Shown: positions 18,565 to 27,299 of the stretch, piece by piece
Numbering within the stretch: position 1 is the first letter of the stretch
How the letters are laid out: each line of letters opens with the position of its first letter
NCBI GenBank assembly: GCA_902583415.1
Contig: CACHVW010000001.1
Span: forward strand, 1,118 to 65,117
Reading direction: 5' to 3'
DNA from: an uncultured SAR116 cluster alpha proteobacterium
GTDB lineage: Bacteria; Pseudomonadota; Alphaproteobacteria; Puniceispirillales; Marisalimonadaceae
DNA: 64,000 nucleotides
Notes under the pieces: generated by a model
What the model saw: only the letters and a program-made list of their open reading frames with translations
The model's database searches: none
What the model was told of the DNA's origin: nothing
Made by a program: the position numbers and the translations under genes

Positions 18565-19923
18565 TTAATTACCCGCAATTGTCATATCCTCTATTAATAG
18601 AGTCGGACAATTTATAGAATGTGAAAAATCTAGATCGTTAGCAGGTTTGAGTGTCATAAACATATCTTTAAGATTACCTGCTATAGTTGCTTCTGTAATG
18701 GGAGTTGATAATTCACCATTCTTTATCCAAAAACCACTAGCACCACGACTATAATCACCGGTAACCATAGATACACTGCTACCAATCATATCAGTTACAT
18801 AAAAGCCATTACTTATACTTGAAATAATACTTTCAGGTGAAGCTTCACCTGGTAAAAGAAGCAAATTAGTTATGCCTGGTGAAGGAGGACCGCTAATACC
18901 TCTTTTTGCATTAGCAGTTGGTAATAAATTTAATTGTCTTGAGGATGACAAATCTAATAACCAATTTTCAAGCACTCCATCCTTAATTAAAACATGCTTG
19001 GAAGTACCTAGACCTTCTGCGTCAAATAATCTTGAACCTAAACCTCTTTTAAGAAAAGGATCATCAATTAAAGTAACAGATTCATTTGCAATTTTATCAT
19101 TTAAGGAATCTTTTAAAAAGCTAGTTTTACGTGCTATTGATGATCCATTAATAGCTGATGCAAAGTGACTTGCTATTGACCTAGATACCCTTGGGTCGAA
19201 AATAACTGGATATTGTCCAGTAACTGGTTTTTTAGCACCAATCCTGGCCAATGTTTTCTTTGCAGCTTCACGACCAATTTTTTCACCTTCTTTTAGATCC
19301 TCACCATATACTTTTGAAGAGTAATCATAGTCTCTCTCCATTTTTCCATTTTTTTCAGCAATAACAACTACTGACACGCTGTGATTAGATTTTTTTGATG
19401 AACCGAAAAAACCATTAGATGTCATTAATAGTGTTTCTCCTTCGCCCCATGATGAATCTGCACCGTCACTATTAGTAATACCTTTTACACTTAAAGCTAT
19501 ATCCTCAACTTCTGATGCCCTATCTCTAATTAAATCAACACTTGGTTCTACAGAATCATAACTATCAATAAAAATACCTTCTTGAATTGGGAAGTTTTGA
19601 ATTAACTCTTTACTTGCAATAAAGCTATATTCATCTTCTGGAGCAATTTTAGCCATTTCCACAGCTCTTTTTGCAACCTCTGTCAGAGCTTCTTTAGAAT
19701 TTTCATTAGTTGAAACTGATGAAATTTTATTACCAACAAATACTCTTAAACCGGTGTCAAAGTCTTCATACCTTTGAATGTTTTCATCCTTACCTAACCT
19801 TCTGGTAATCGAAACACCTCTACTTCTTGATAAAACACAGTCCGCACTAGTTGCGCCATTAGCAACAGCTGTGTCAATAAGAAGGTTCATAATATCCTTA
19901 TCATTAAGTTTTTTTGTAGACAT
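18565..19923 (-). CDS. pmbA: Metalloprotease partner PmbA/TldE
   Basis: GLRVFVG, MERDY, FDAEG, TGDYSRGASGFWI, EATIAGNL; no HExxxH motif. Confidence 0.93.
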   Translation of the reverse strand: MSTKKLNDKDIMNLLIDTAVANGATSADCVLSRSRGVSITRRLGKDENIQRYEDFDTGLRVFVGNKISSVSTNENSKEALTEVAKRAVEMAKIAPEDEYSFIASKELIQNFPIQEGIFIDSYDSVEPSVDLIRDRASEVEDIALSVKGITNSDGADSSWGEGETLLMTSNGFFGSSKKSNHSVSVVVIAEKNGKMERDYDYSSKVYGEDLKEGEKIGREAAKKTLARIGAKKPVTGQYPVIFDPRVSRSIASHFASAINGSSIARKTSFLKDSLNDKIANESVTLIDDPFLKRGLGSRLFDAEGLGTSKHVLIKDGVLENWLLDLSSSRQLNLLPTANAKRGISGPPSPGITNLLLLPGEASPESIISSISNGFYVTDMIGSSVSMVTGDYSRGASGFWIKNGELSTPITEATIAGNLKDMFMTLKPANDLDFSHSINCPTLLIEDMTIAGN

Positions 19924-20028
19924 TTAAATATTGTTCCTATGAAAAAGAGAATTTACAAAAGATTTATATATGTTTTATTAATATACTGTCTTAATTGTTG
20001 CAACTTTATAAGTATAAAATAGGTAAAT

Positions 20029-20973
20029 ATGAAAAAGGATATTTTTATTGATGGAGAAACTGGCACCACAGGATTGCAAGTTCATGAAAAGTTAAGTAAG
20101 CATCCAAATGTTAACATAATGTCAGTTGATCTATCTAAAAGAAAAGATATTTCTTATAAAAAAGAAATGTTAGCAAAATCGGATGTAACATTTTTGTGTT
20201 TACCTGACGAAATATCTATTGAAACTGCCCAAATAGCTGATGAACTTGGAGATAAATCTCCAATAATTATTGATGCTTCAACAGCTCATAGAACTAACCC
20301 AAAATGGTCATATGGACTTCCTGAGCTTGGAGAGAATTACAGAAAAAGTATTGAAAATTCAAAACGTATTGCATCGCCTGGATGTTATTCTACAGGGGCC
20401 AATGTTATTCTAAAACCTCTGATTTCAAATGGTATTTTAAGCAAAAATATCCCAATTATCATAAATGCTGTTAGTGGTTATTCAGGTGGCGGAAAATCCA
20501 TGATTAATTATTTCAAGGAAAAAGATCATGAACCTTTTTTTAATTATGGACTTAAATTAGACCACAAACACTTACCAGAAATAATTTATCATAATAAGCT
20601 AGAACAAACACCAATTTTTAGTCCATCGGTTGGTGATTTTATTCAAGGTATGATTGTTTCTATACCACTGCATTTTTCTTGGTTTAATGACAAAATGGAT
20701 ACTAAAAAGATTCAATACTTAATGGAAGAATTTTACTCAGGAGCAAATTTTATTAAAGTTTTAAAAAAAGACGAAGGTGTTAGCGATAAAGGATATTTTA
20801 GGCCAGATAATTTAGTAGGAACAAATTATCTTGATATCAGTATTTTTGGAAATGATGATAATGATCAGTTAATTATTTCCTCAAGATTAGATAATTTAGG
20901 AAAAGGTGCTTCTGGTGCTGCTATTCAATCTATGAATATTGCTCTAGGTTATGATGAAACTCTGGGTTTATAG
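20029..20973 (+). CDS. argC: N-acetyl-gamma-glutamyl-phosphate reductase (type 2)
   Basis: IFIDGETGTTGL, DASTAHR, ASPGCY, SGYSGGG, DNLGKGASGAA. Confidence 0.95.
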   Translation: MKKDIFIDGETGTTGLQVHEKLSKHPNVNIMSVDLSKRKDISYKKEMLAKSDVTFLCLPDEISIETAQIADELGDKSPIIIDASTAHRTNPKWSYGLPELGENYRKSIENSKRIASPGCYSTGANVILKPLISNGILSKNIPIIINAVSGYSGGGKSMINYFKEKDHEPFFNYGLKLDHKHLPEIIYHNKLEQTPIFSPSVGDFIQGMIVSIPLHFSWFNDKMDTKKIQYLMEEFYSGANFIKVLKKDEGVSDKGYFRPDNLVGTNYLDISIFGNDDNDQLIISSRLDNLGKGASGAAIQSMNIALGYDETLGL

Positions 20974-20987
20974 AAATATGTTTTGTA

Positions 20988-21764
20988 ATGAAATATAATA
21001 ATCAAAAAGTTACTGAAGAATTATTTCCTAATTTTTCGTCATTTGATAGAGCTATAAACTATCCATATTTTGCACCCAATTATTCTTTTTCATTTCATAA
21101 GGGTGAATTTATTAAAGGCATCTGTGATGACCTTAATAATAGAATACCAATATTATCAGTTGGCTCTAATAGATCACCATATCAATTAAAAAGAAAATTT
21201 TCATTAAATCAGGATATTTGTGTCACGCCTGCTATTTTAATAGATTCTGATATAGTTTATGCAGCGTCTTTGTCAGCCTATGGATCAATGCCAGCCACCC
21301 AATGGCCAAGCAAAGGAACTAAAGTAGATCTTAATGTATTATGGCTTAATGAAGAACAATTAGAAATTATGCATTTAAGTGAAGCGTTAGGAGTTGCATA
21401 CAGTTTTGTGAAGTTAAAGTTAGACACTGTTAAAATAAAAGATTTTGAATATACAAAACAAGTATATGGATATATCTCAATTGCAGGTGTATTCCCATTT
21501 AACGACAATAAACCTAAAAGGTTATCAGAAATTAGTGCTAAGAATATGACATTAAAAAGTACTAGTGAAAAAAAAGCATTATCATATTTAATTTATAGTT
21601 TAGGTATTGAAGAAAACAGGTTACCAGAGTGGATTGACAAGGTTGTTAAAGACAAAACTTACAGAATAAGTCTTCATGAAAAGCTAAAGAGTAAAGCAAT
21701 ACAACCAAAAAATCCTGAATGGGAAATTGTAAAAAAAAGTGTTCGTGGTAACTTAATAATTTAA
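20988..21764 (+). CDS. Conserved hypothetical protein, possibly gamma-glutamylcyclotransferase-like fold
   Basis: 258-aa ORF; ILSVGSN resembles the GGCT YGSN loop; later QLxxMxxSE segment. Confidence 0.65.
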   Translation: MKYNNQKVTEELFPNFSSFDRAINYPYFAPNYSFSFHKGEFIKGICDDLNNRIPILSVGSNRSPYQLKRKFSLNQDICVTPAILIDSDIVYAASLSAYGSMPATQWPSKGTKVDLNVLWLNEEQLEIMHLSEALGVAYSFVKLKLDTVKIKDFEYTKQVYGYISIAGVFPFNDNKPKRLSEISAKNMTLKSTSEKKALSYLIYSLGIEENRLPEWIDKVVKDKTYRISLHEKLKSKAIQPKNPEWEIVKKSVRGNLII

Positions 21765-21919
21765 TCTCAATTATTAGATATGGTTTTTTTCGTTAAAAAT
21801 TCTTTTTGCTATTAAAAGTTATGTTTATTTTAATTTTTGGGAACACAAAAAATATACAAAATTAGTAAAATTTGACCATTAAATCCCTTAAGACAGACAA
21901 ATTTACTTAATTTTTTATT

Positions 21920-21939
21920 GAAAATGATAATTGTTATCA
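21920..21939. promoter_or_regulatory. Candidate Fur box upstream of proteorhodopsin
   Basis: gaaaatgataattgttatc matches GATAATGATAATCATTATC at 16/19; tgataat-t-gttatca has one mismatch to the 7-1-7 form. Confidence 0.45.
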
Positions 21940-22013
21940 AAAAATAAACCATTATAAAACAACAAGTTAACAAAAAACACCAAAAAAAAATGCATTTAAA
22001 TCACTTTTATTTG

Positions 22014-22042
22014 TTGCCTAACCACAAATTCCCTTTTATTGT
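22014..22042 (+). promoter_or_regulatory. Candidate sigma70 promoter for proteorhodopsin
   Basis: TTGCCT-17 nt-TATTGT; strong SD (aaggggag) before ATG 22121. Confidence 0.35.
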
Positions 22043-22120
22043 TTTGGCTAAAGTGCTATTTTGCATTGAATCTAGCAGTTGCTAGAAATTAAACATGACA
22101 AGTATAAGGGGAGTTTATAA

Positions 22121-22885
22121 ATGTCTTTTTTAAAATATTTAATACCGGCTAGTTTTTTAGCCTTACTTCCAACACTTTCATTTGCAGGGTCACACGGTAA
22201 TAATCTAGACCCAGGTGATGCTGTTGGTATAAGTTTCTGGATAATATCTATTTCCATGGTTGCAGCAACTGTTTTTTTCTTAATGGAATCATTGAGAGTT
22301 AAAGGCAAGTGGAGAACATCTCTAGTTGTTGGTGCTCTTGTTACTTTAGTTGCTGGAGTTCACTATTTCTACATGAGAGAAATTTGGGCAGCCACAGGAG
22401 AATCACCAACTGTATTTAGATATGTAGATTGGATAATTACAGTTCCACTTCAAATGATAGAATTCTACTTGATTTTAGCAGCATGTACAGCAGTTGCTGG
22501 TGGCGTGTTCTGGAGATTATTTCTTGGATCTTTAGTAATGTTAATTGGTGGATATCTAGGTGAGGCTGGTTTTATAAATGCAACTATTGGTTTTGTAGTT
22601 GGAATGGCTGGATGGATATTCATTCTATATGAAATATTTGCTGGTGAAGCTAGTAAAGTAAGTGCAGAAAGTGCACCTGAATCCGTTCAATCAGCTTTTA
22701 ACACAATGAAATGGATTGTGACTATTGGTTGGGCCATTTACCCAATTGGTTATTTCATGGGTTATATGGCTGGTGGTGCTGATGCAAACAGCTTAAATTT
22801 TATCTATAACATAGCTGATGTTATTAATAAAATTGCTTTCTGTTTAGCTATATGGGCTGCGGCAACCACAGAGTCCGATGCATAA
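22121..22885 (+). CDS. Proteorhodopsin, DTE proton pump, blue-absorbing type
   Basis: Signal peptide; HYFYMR (His75 equivalent); RYVDWIITVPLQMIEF gives D97/T101/Q105/E108 equivalents; retinal-binding Lys in DVINKI. Confidence 0.98.
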   Translation: MSFLKYLIPASFLALLPTLSFAGSHGNNLDPGDAVGISFWIISISMVAATVFFLMESLRVKGKWRTSLVVGALVTLVAGVHYFYMREIWAATGESPTVFRYVDWIITVPLQMIEFYLILAACTAVAGGVFWRLFLGSLVMLIGGYLGEAGFINATIGFVVGMAGWIFILYEIFAGEASKVSAESAPESVQSAFNTMKWIVTIGWAIYPIGYFMGYMAGGADANSLNFIYNIADVINKIAFCLAIWAAATTESDA

Positions 22886-22905
22886 GCATTAAAAAAAATA
22901 AAAAT

Positions 22906-22940
22906 AAAAGCCTGTAGGTAAATCTACAGGCTTTTTTTTT
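22906..22940 (+). terminator. Intrinsic terminator between proteorhodopsin and crtI
   Basis: aaaagcctgtag-gtaaat-ctacaggctttt followed by a T run; A-rich on the other side, so it may be bidirectional. Confidence 0.88.
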
Positions 22941-22959
22941 AATATGGTTAAGAATTTTT

Positions 22960-24456
22960 ATGAATTTATTAAATAAAAAACTAAATAATATTAATATTAG
23001 AAGCATTGTAATTGGCGGTGGTTTTGGTGGTATAGCAATTGCCCTTAGATTAAAATCGCTCGGACATCAAGTTACTTTAATTGAAAGATTAGGTTCTTTA
23101 GGAGGTAGGGCCCAAGTTTTTAGAAAAAATGGCTTCAAACATGATGCTGGTCCAACTGTAATAACAGCTCCTTTTTTGTTTGATGAACTTTTTGAATTAT
23201 TTAATGAAAAAAGAGAAGAATATATTGAGTTTAGGCCTTTAGAACCTTGGTACAGGTTTCATTTCCATGACAATCAAACTTTCGATTATTCCGAAAGTAT
23301 ACAAAAAACTAAAAAAGAAATGAAAAAATTTTCAAAAGAAGATGCAAATAATTACGATAAATTATTAGAAGCTTCTAAAGCTATTTTTGATGTAGGTTTT
23401 ACTAAATTATCAGATAAACCTTTTAGCTCCTTTTTCTACATGATGAAACAAGTGCCTGCTTTAATAAAGTTAAAAAGCTATTTAACAGTTTCTCAGTTGG
23501 TAAATAAATATATCAAAAATCCACATTTGAGAGCAGCTTTTTCTATACATCCACTATTGGTAGGAGGAAACCCGTTTACTACTACCTCTATCTATGCGCT
23601 TATACATTTTCTAGAGAGAAATTGGGGAGTTTATTTTAGTATGGGTGGAACAGGAAAACTTGTTGAAGAGTTAACAAAATTATTAGAGCGGACAGGGGTT
23701 GAAATAAAATATAATACAGATATAAAAAATGCTTTTGAAACAAATGGCAAAATTGAAAAAATCGAATGCATGAATGGTAATACATTTTATGCTGATAACT
23801 TTATTTTTAACGGTGACCCACCAACTTTCTATAATGAAATTTTGAAATCAAGAATTAAAAGAAGAAAAAAATTTCTTCCAGAAAAATTAACTAGTTATTC
23901 CTTTGGGATGTATGTTTTGTTCTTTGGGACTAAAAAAAAATATTTAAATATTGCCCACCATTCAATATGGCTTAGTAAAAGATTTAAAGGCTTGTTAACT
24001 GATATTTTTGATAACAAAATTTTAAGTGAAGATTTTTCATTATACATACATAGACCTACTGCAACTGACGAAAGTTTTGCTCCAAAAGGTTGCGATAGTT
24101 TTTATGTTCTTTGTCCTGTTCCTAATTTACAAGGTAATATTAATTGGGAAATTGAAGGTGATAAACTTAAAGGCAGAATTGTAAACGCTTTAGATAGTAC
24201 AATTTTACCAGAATTAAAAAATAATATTTGTGATGAATTTTACATGACTCCCATTGATTTTAAAAATGATTACCGTTCTACTCATGGTGCAGGGTTTTCA
24301 ATAGCACCAAATTTTTCACAATCTGCTTGGTTTCGATATCATAATAAAGATCCTCATATTGACAATTTATTCTTTGCTGCAGCTGGAGCTCATCCTGGTG
24401 CTGGTATTCCAGGAGTGTTATCATCAGCAAAAGTTGTTGAAAGGTTATTAAAATAA
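22960..24456 (+). CDS. crtI: Phytoene desaturase
   Basis: VIGGGFGG FAD motif, DAGPTVIT, LLVGGNP, HPGAGIPGV. Confidence 0.96.
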   Translation: MNLLNKKLNNINIRSIVIGGGFGGIAIALRLKSLGHQVTLIERLGSLGGRAQVFRKNGFKHDAGPTVITAPFLFDELFELFNEKREEYIEFRPLEPWYRFHFHDNQTFDYSESIQKTKKEMKKFSKEDANNYDKLLEASKAIFDVGFTKLSDKPFSSFFYMMKQVPALIKLKSYLTVSQLVNKYIKNPHLRAAFSIHPLLVGGNPFTTTSIYALIHFLERNWGVYFSMGGTGKLVEELTKLLERTGVEIKYNTDIKNAFETNGKIEKIECMNGNTFYADNFIFNGDPPTFYNEILKSRIKRRKKFLPEKLTSYSFGMYVLFFGTKKKYLNIAHHSIWLSKRFKGLLTDIFDNKILSEDFSLYIHRPTATDESFAPKGCDSFYVLCPVPNLQGNINWEIEGDKLKGRIVNALDSTILPELKNNICDEFYMTPIDFKNDYRSTHGAGFSIAPNFSQSAWFRYHNKDPHIDNLFFAAAGAHPGAGIPGVLSSAKVVERLLK

Positions 24457-24467
24457 AAGAGCTAAAA

Positions 24468-25388
24468 ATGGATTGCCATGTTGATGATGACAAAATAGTA
24501 CTAAAAAAAAATGGCAAAAGTTTTCATTGGGCTGGTAAGTTCTTAAATAAAGAATGCATAAATAGGGCAGCTGAGTTATATAGTTTTTGTAGAATTTTAG
24601 ATGACATAGCAGATAGTCAAGAAGCTAATTCTCATAAGCATCTTATTAATATTAAATCTATTATTAAAAAAAATATAATTACAGAACTAGAAAATATTTA
24701 TTCAATTAAGTATCCTAAATTTTTAAAATCATCCTCTAAAAAAGCAGTAATAGATTTAATTGATGGACTTATTTTAGATCAAAAGGGTGTTTTGTTTAAG
24801 GAGGAACAAGAGTTAATTAGATATTCTTATCATGTTGCCGGAACTGTTGGAATAATGATGTGTGACACTTTAAAATGTGATAATGTTCTTGCTAAATCAT
24901 TTGCTATAGATCTTGGAATAGCTATGCAGCTTACAAATATTGCAAGAGATGTTTTAGAAGACGCTAAAATGGGAAGACGATATTTACCTGGGAGCTGGGT
25001 CCAGAATATTTCACCTAAAGAAATAGTTTTAGCAGCTAAAACTAATGACTTAAAAAAAATTCATATGATTTCACAAGGTATAAAAAAATTATTAATTCTA
25101 GCTGAACAATATTATTTGAGTGGAGAAAAAGGTTTCACTTTTTTGCCCTTTAATACAAGAGTTGCAATTTCTGTTGCATCAGGTGTCTACAGAGAGATTG
25201 GAGTTCAGTTAGAAAATGAAAATTACAATTGGCAAAATGGAAGACAAATAACATCAATCTTCTCGAAAATAAAAATTACACTACTCAAGACTTTTAAAGA
25301 AATTTTTTATTTAAGAAATAAGAAAAAGCATAATTCTGAACTTCATATTTATTTAGAAAATTTAGTGAATGATAAAAAAGGAAATTAA
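24468..25388 (+). CDS. crtB: Phytoene synthase
   Basis: KSF, LYSFCRILDDIAD, YSYHVAGTVG, LGIAMQLTNIARDVLED..GRRYLP. Confidence 0.95.
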   Translation: MDCHVDDDKIVLKKNGKSFHWAGKFLNKECINRAAELYSFCRILDDIADSQEANSHKHLINIKSIIKKNIITELENIYSIKYPKFLKSSSKKAVIDLIDGLILDQKGVLFKEEQELIRYSYHVAGTVGIMMCDTLKCDNVLAKSFAIDLGIAMQLTNIARDVLEDAKMGRRYLPGSWVQNISPKEIVLAAKTNDLKKIHMISQGIKKLLILAEQYYLSGEKGFTFLPFNTRVAISVASGVYREIGVQLENENYNWQNGRQITSIFSKIKITLLKTFKEIFYLRNKKKHNSELHIYLENLVNDKKGN

Positions 25389-26484
25389 CATTATTGGAGG
25401 TGGTTGCGCAGCATTATCATTGGCTAGATTAATTCGCAAATTACCTAACTACAAATTTAATTTATTTATAGGTAACAAAAATAAAACTAATAAAGATCAT
25501 TTTTGGGGATTTTGGAAAGTAAAAATTAATGATGATGCTTTTAAAAAAGCAAACCATGTGTGGTCTAAATGGTCAATCAATACTAATGACTCTAAACATA
25601 TTCTAACGTCAGTTAAACATCCTTATTGTGTGATAAAAAGAAAAAAATGGTTGGATATATGTAAAAAACAACTTCCAAGTCAAAAATTTACCATTTTAGA
25701 AAATGATGTACTTGAAAAAGATGGTCAATTATTTGTTAAGAATAAGAAAATTAAAGGTTATTTAGTATTTGATAGCAGACCACCTAAAATTCCAAACAAT
25801 ATTTTGTTGCAGCACTTTGAAGGATTTGTAGTTACTTCTGAGAAAGATGTATTTGATGAAGATATAGTAACATTAATGGATTTCAGATGTGACCAGTCAA
25901 GAGGTATGCATTTTATTTACTTACTGCCATTTAGTAAACGTAAAGCATTGGTAGAATCTACAATTTTTTCAAAGACAGTTGAGAACAAAGAATTTTATTC
26001 AGATGAAATTTCAAAATATCTTAAAAAATATTTTAACTTGGTCAAGTTTACAAAGAGTTATCATGAAAAAGGTATTATTCCCATGCATTATATTTCTTCT
26101 GAATCTAGAGAAATTTTTAATATTGGCACAAGAGGTGGGGCAGTAAGACCTTCTTCGGGATACGCTTTTACTTTTATTCAAAAACAAGCGTTTCAAATAA
26201 TTAGTCAAATAAAAAATAGAAAAAAAATTAATACTCAAATTCATAGTGCTATTGATTTATTTTTAGATAAAATATTTATAAATGTAATAAATGAGTATCC
26301 TATATTAGCTTCCAAAATTTTTTCAAGTTTAGCTAGAATTTTAAATGGTGATGAAATGGCTAAATTTATGTCTGGAAATGCCTCACTATTAACAACTTGC
26401 AAAATAATTATTTCAATGCCTAAAATACCATTTATCAAATCATTTTTTTATGTTGTGTATCGTAAATGGTTCAATTTACCTTAG
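25369..26484 (+). CDS. crtY: Lycopene beta-cyclase
   Basis: IIGGGCAALSLA, QHF.G, LMDFR, FIYLLPF, E.GIIPM, GG.VRPSSGY; lies between crtB and blh. Confidence 0.9.
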   Translation: MIKKEINIIGGGCAALSLARLIRKLPNYKFNLFIGNKNKTNKDHFWGFWKVKINDDAFKKANHVWSKWSINTNDSKHILTSVKHPYCVIKRKKWLDICKKQLPSQKFTILENDVLEKDGQLFVKNKKIKGYLVFDSRPPKIPNNILLQHFEGFVVTSEKDVFDEDIVTLMDFRCDQSRGMHFIYLLPFSKRKALVESTIFSKTVENKEFYSDEISKYLKKYFNLVKFTKSYHEKGIIPMHYISSESREIFNIGTRGGAVRPSSGYAFTFIQKQAFQIISQIKNRKKINTQIHSAIDLFLDKIFINVINEYPILASKIFSSLARILNGDEMAKFMSGNASLLTTCKIIISMPKIPFIKSFFYVVYRKWFNLP

Positions 26485-27287
26485 ATTGGTTAGATTATAT
26501 CTCATTATTTTTTATTATTTTTATGGGTATTCCCCATGGAGCTCTTGATGGAGCTATATCTGTTTCATTAGGTTTTACGAAAAGTATATATTTACAGGTA
26601 CGATTTATAATTACATATTTATTTGTTGCTACATTAGTTGTAATTCTGTGGTATTTTTTACCAGTTTTTTCCCTCATTTTGTTCTTAATAGTAAGTATTT
26701 TTCATTTTGGTTGTGGTGATTTAAATTGGAAAAATAATAATTTATATTATATCTGTGGTTATGCTCATGGGGGACTGGTAGTATTGGGCATAATTTTTTT
26801 TAACAAAGATGAAGTTGATCATCTCTTTTCAATTTTATCTGGTAATCAATTGTATTTATTGTGGCAATTTCTTTATGTGGCTCTTTTAATATGGATTTTA
26901 TCATTAATTTTAATATTATTTAATTATAAAAAAATTACTTTCTCTAAAAATTATATCAAATTACTTACTGTAATGGTTTTAGTAATATCACTTTTTCCAC
27001 CTTTGCCAGCATTTGCAATATATTTTTGTCTTGTTCACAGTATTCACCATTTTAAAAGAATTATACCAAAGTTACTTAACTTTATGGAAAAGAAAAAAAT
27101 ATTCTACCTAATGATTATTTTTTCTGTATTAAGTTGGTTAGGTGGCGGAACTGTATATTATATTTTATTTAATTTATATTCATATACAGATACGATTATA
27201 AAAGTAACTTTTATTGGTTTGGCAGCGTTAACTTTTCCACATATGATTTTAGTAGACGGTGTGTTTAGGCTAAAACATAAAATTTAA
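26466..27287 (+). CDS. blh: Beta-carotene 15,15'-dioxygenase (Brp/Blh)
   Basis: GIPHGALD, HFG, HSIHH and ALTFPHM His motifs; polytopic membrane protein. Confidence 0.95.
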   Translation: MVQFTLDWLDYISLFFIIFMGIPHGALDGAISVSLGFTKSIYLQVRFIITYLFVATLVVILWYFLPVFSLILFLIVSIFHFGCGDLNWKNNNLYYICGYAHGGLVVLGIIFFNKDEVDHLFSILSGNQLYLLWQFLYVALLIWILSLILILFNYKKITFSKNYIKLLTVMVLVISLFPPLPAFAIYFCLVHSIHHFKRIIPKLLNFMEKKKIFYLMIIFSVLSWLGGGTVYYILFNLYSYTDTIIKVTFIGLAALTFPHMILVDGVFRLKHKI

Positions 27288-27299
27288 AATCTATGTTTA

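Noticed and set aside
22121-22885. Carotenoid-antenna (fenestrated) or non-proton-pumping rhodopsin
   Set aside because: The helix E position equivalent to xanthorhodopsin Gly156 is Phe (IGFVVG) by my manual alignment, the motif is canonical DTE, and no crtZ/crtW is nearby. It is an ordinary blue PR.
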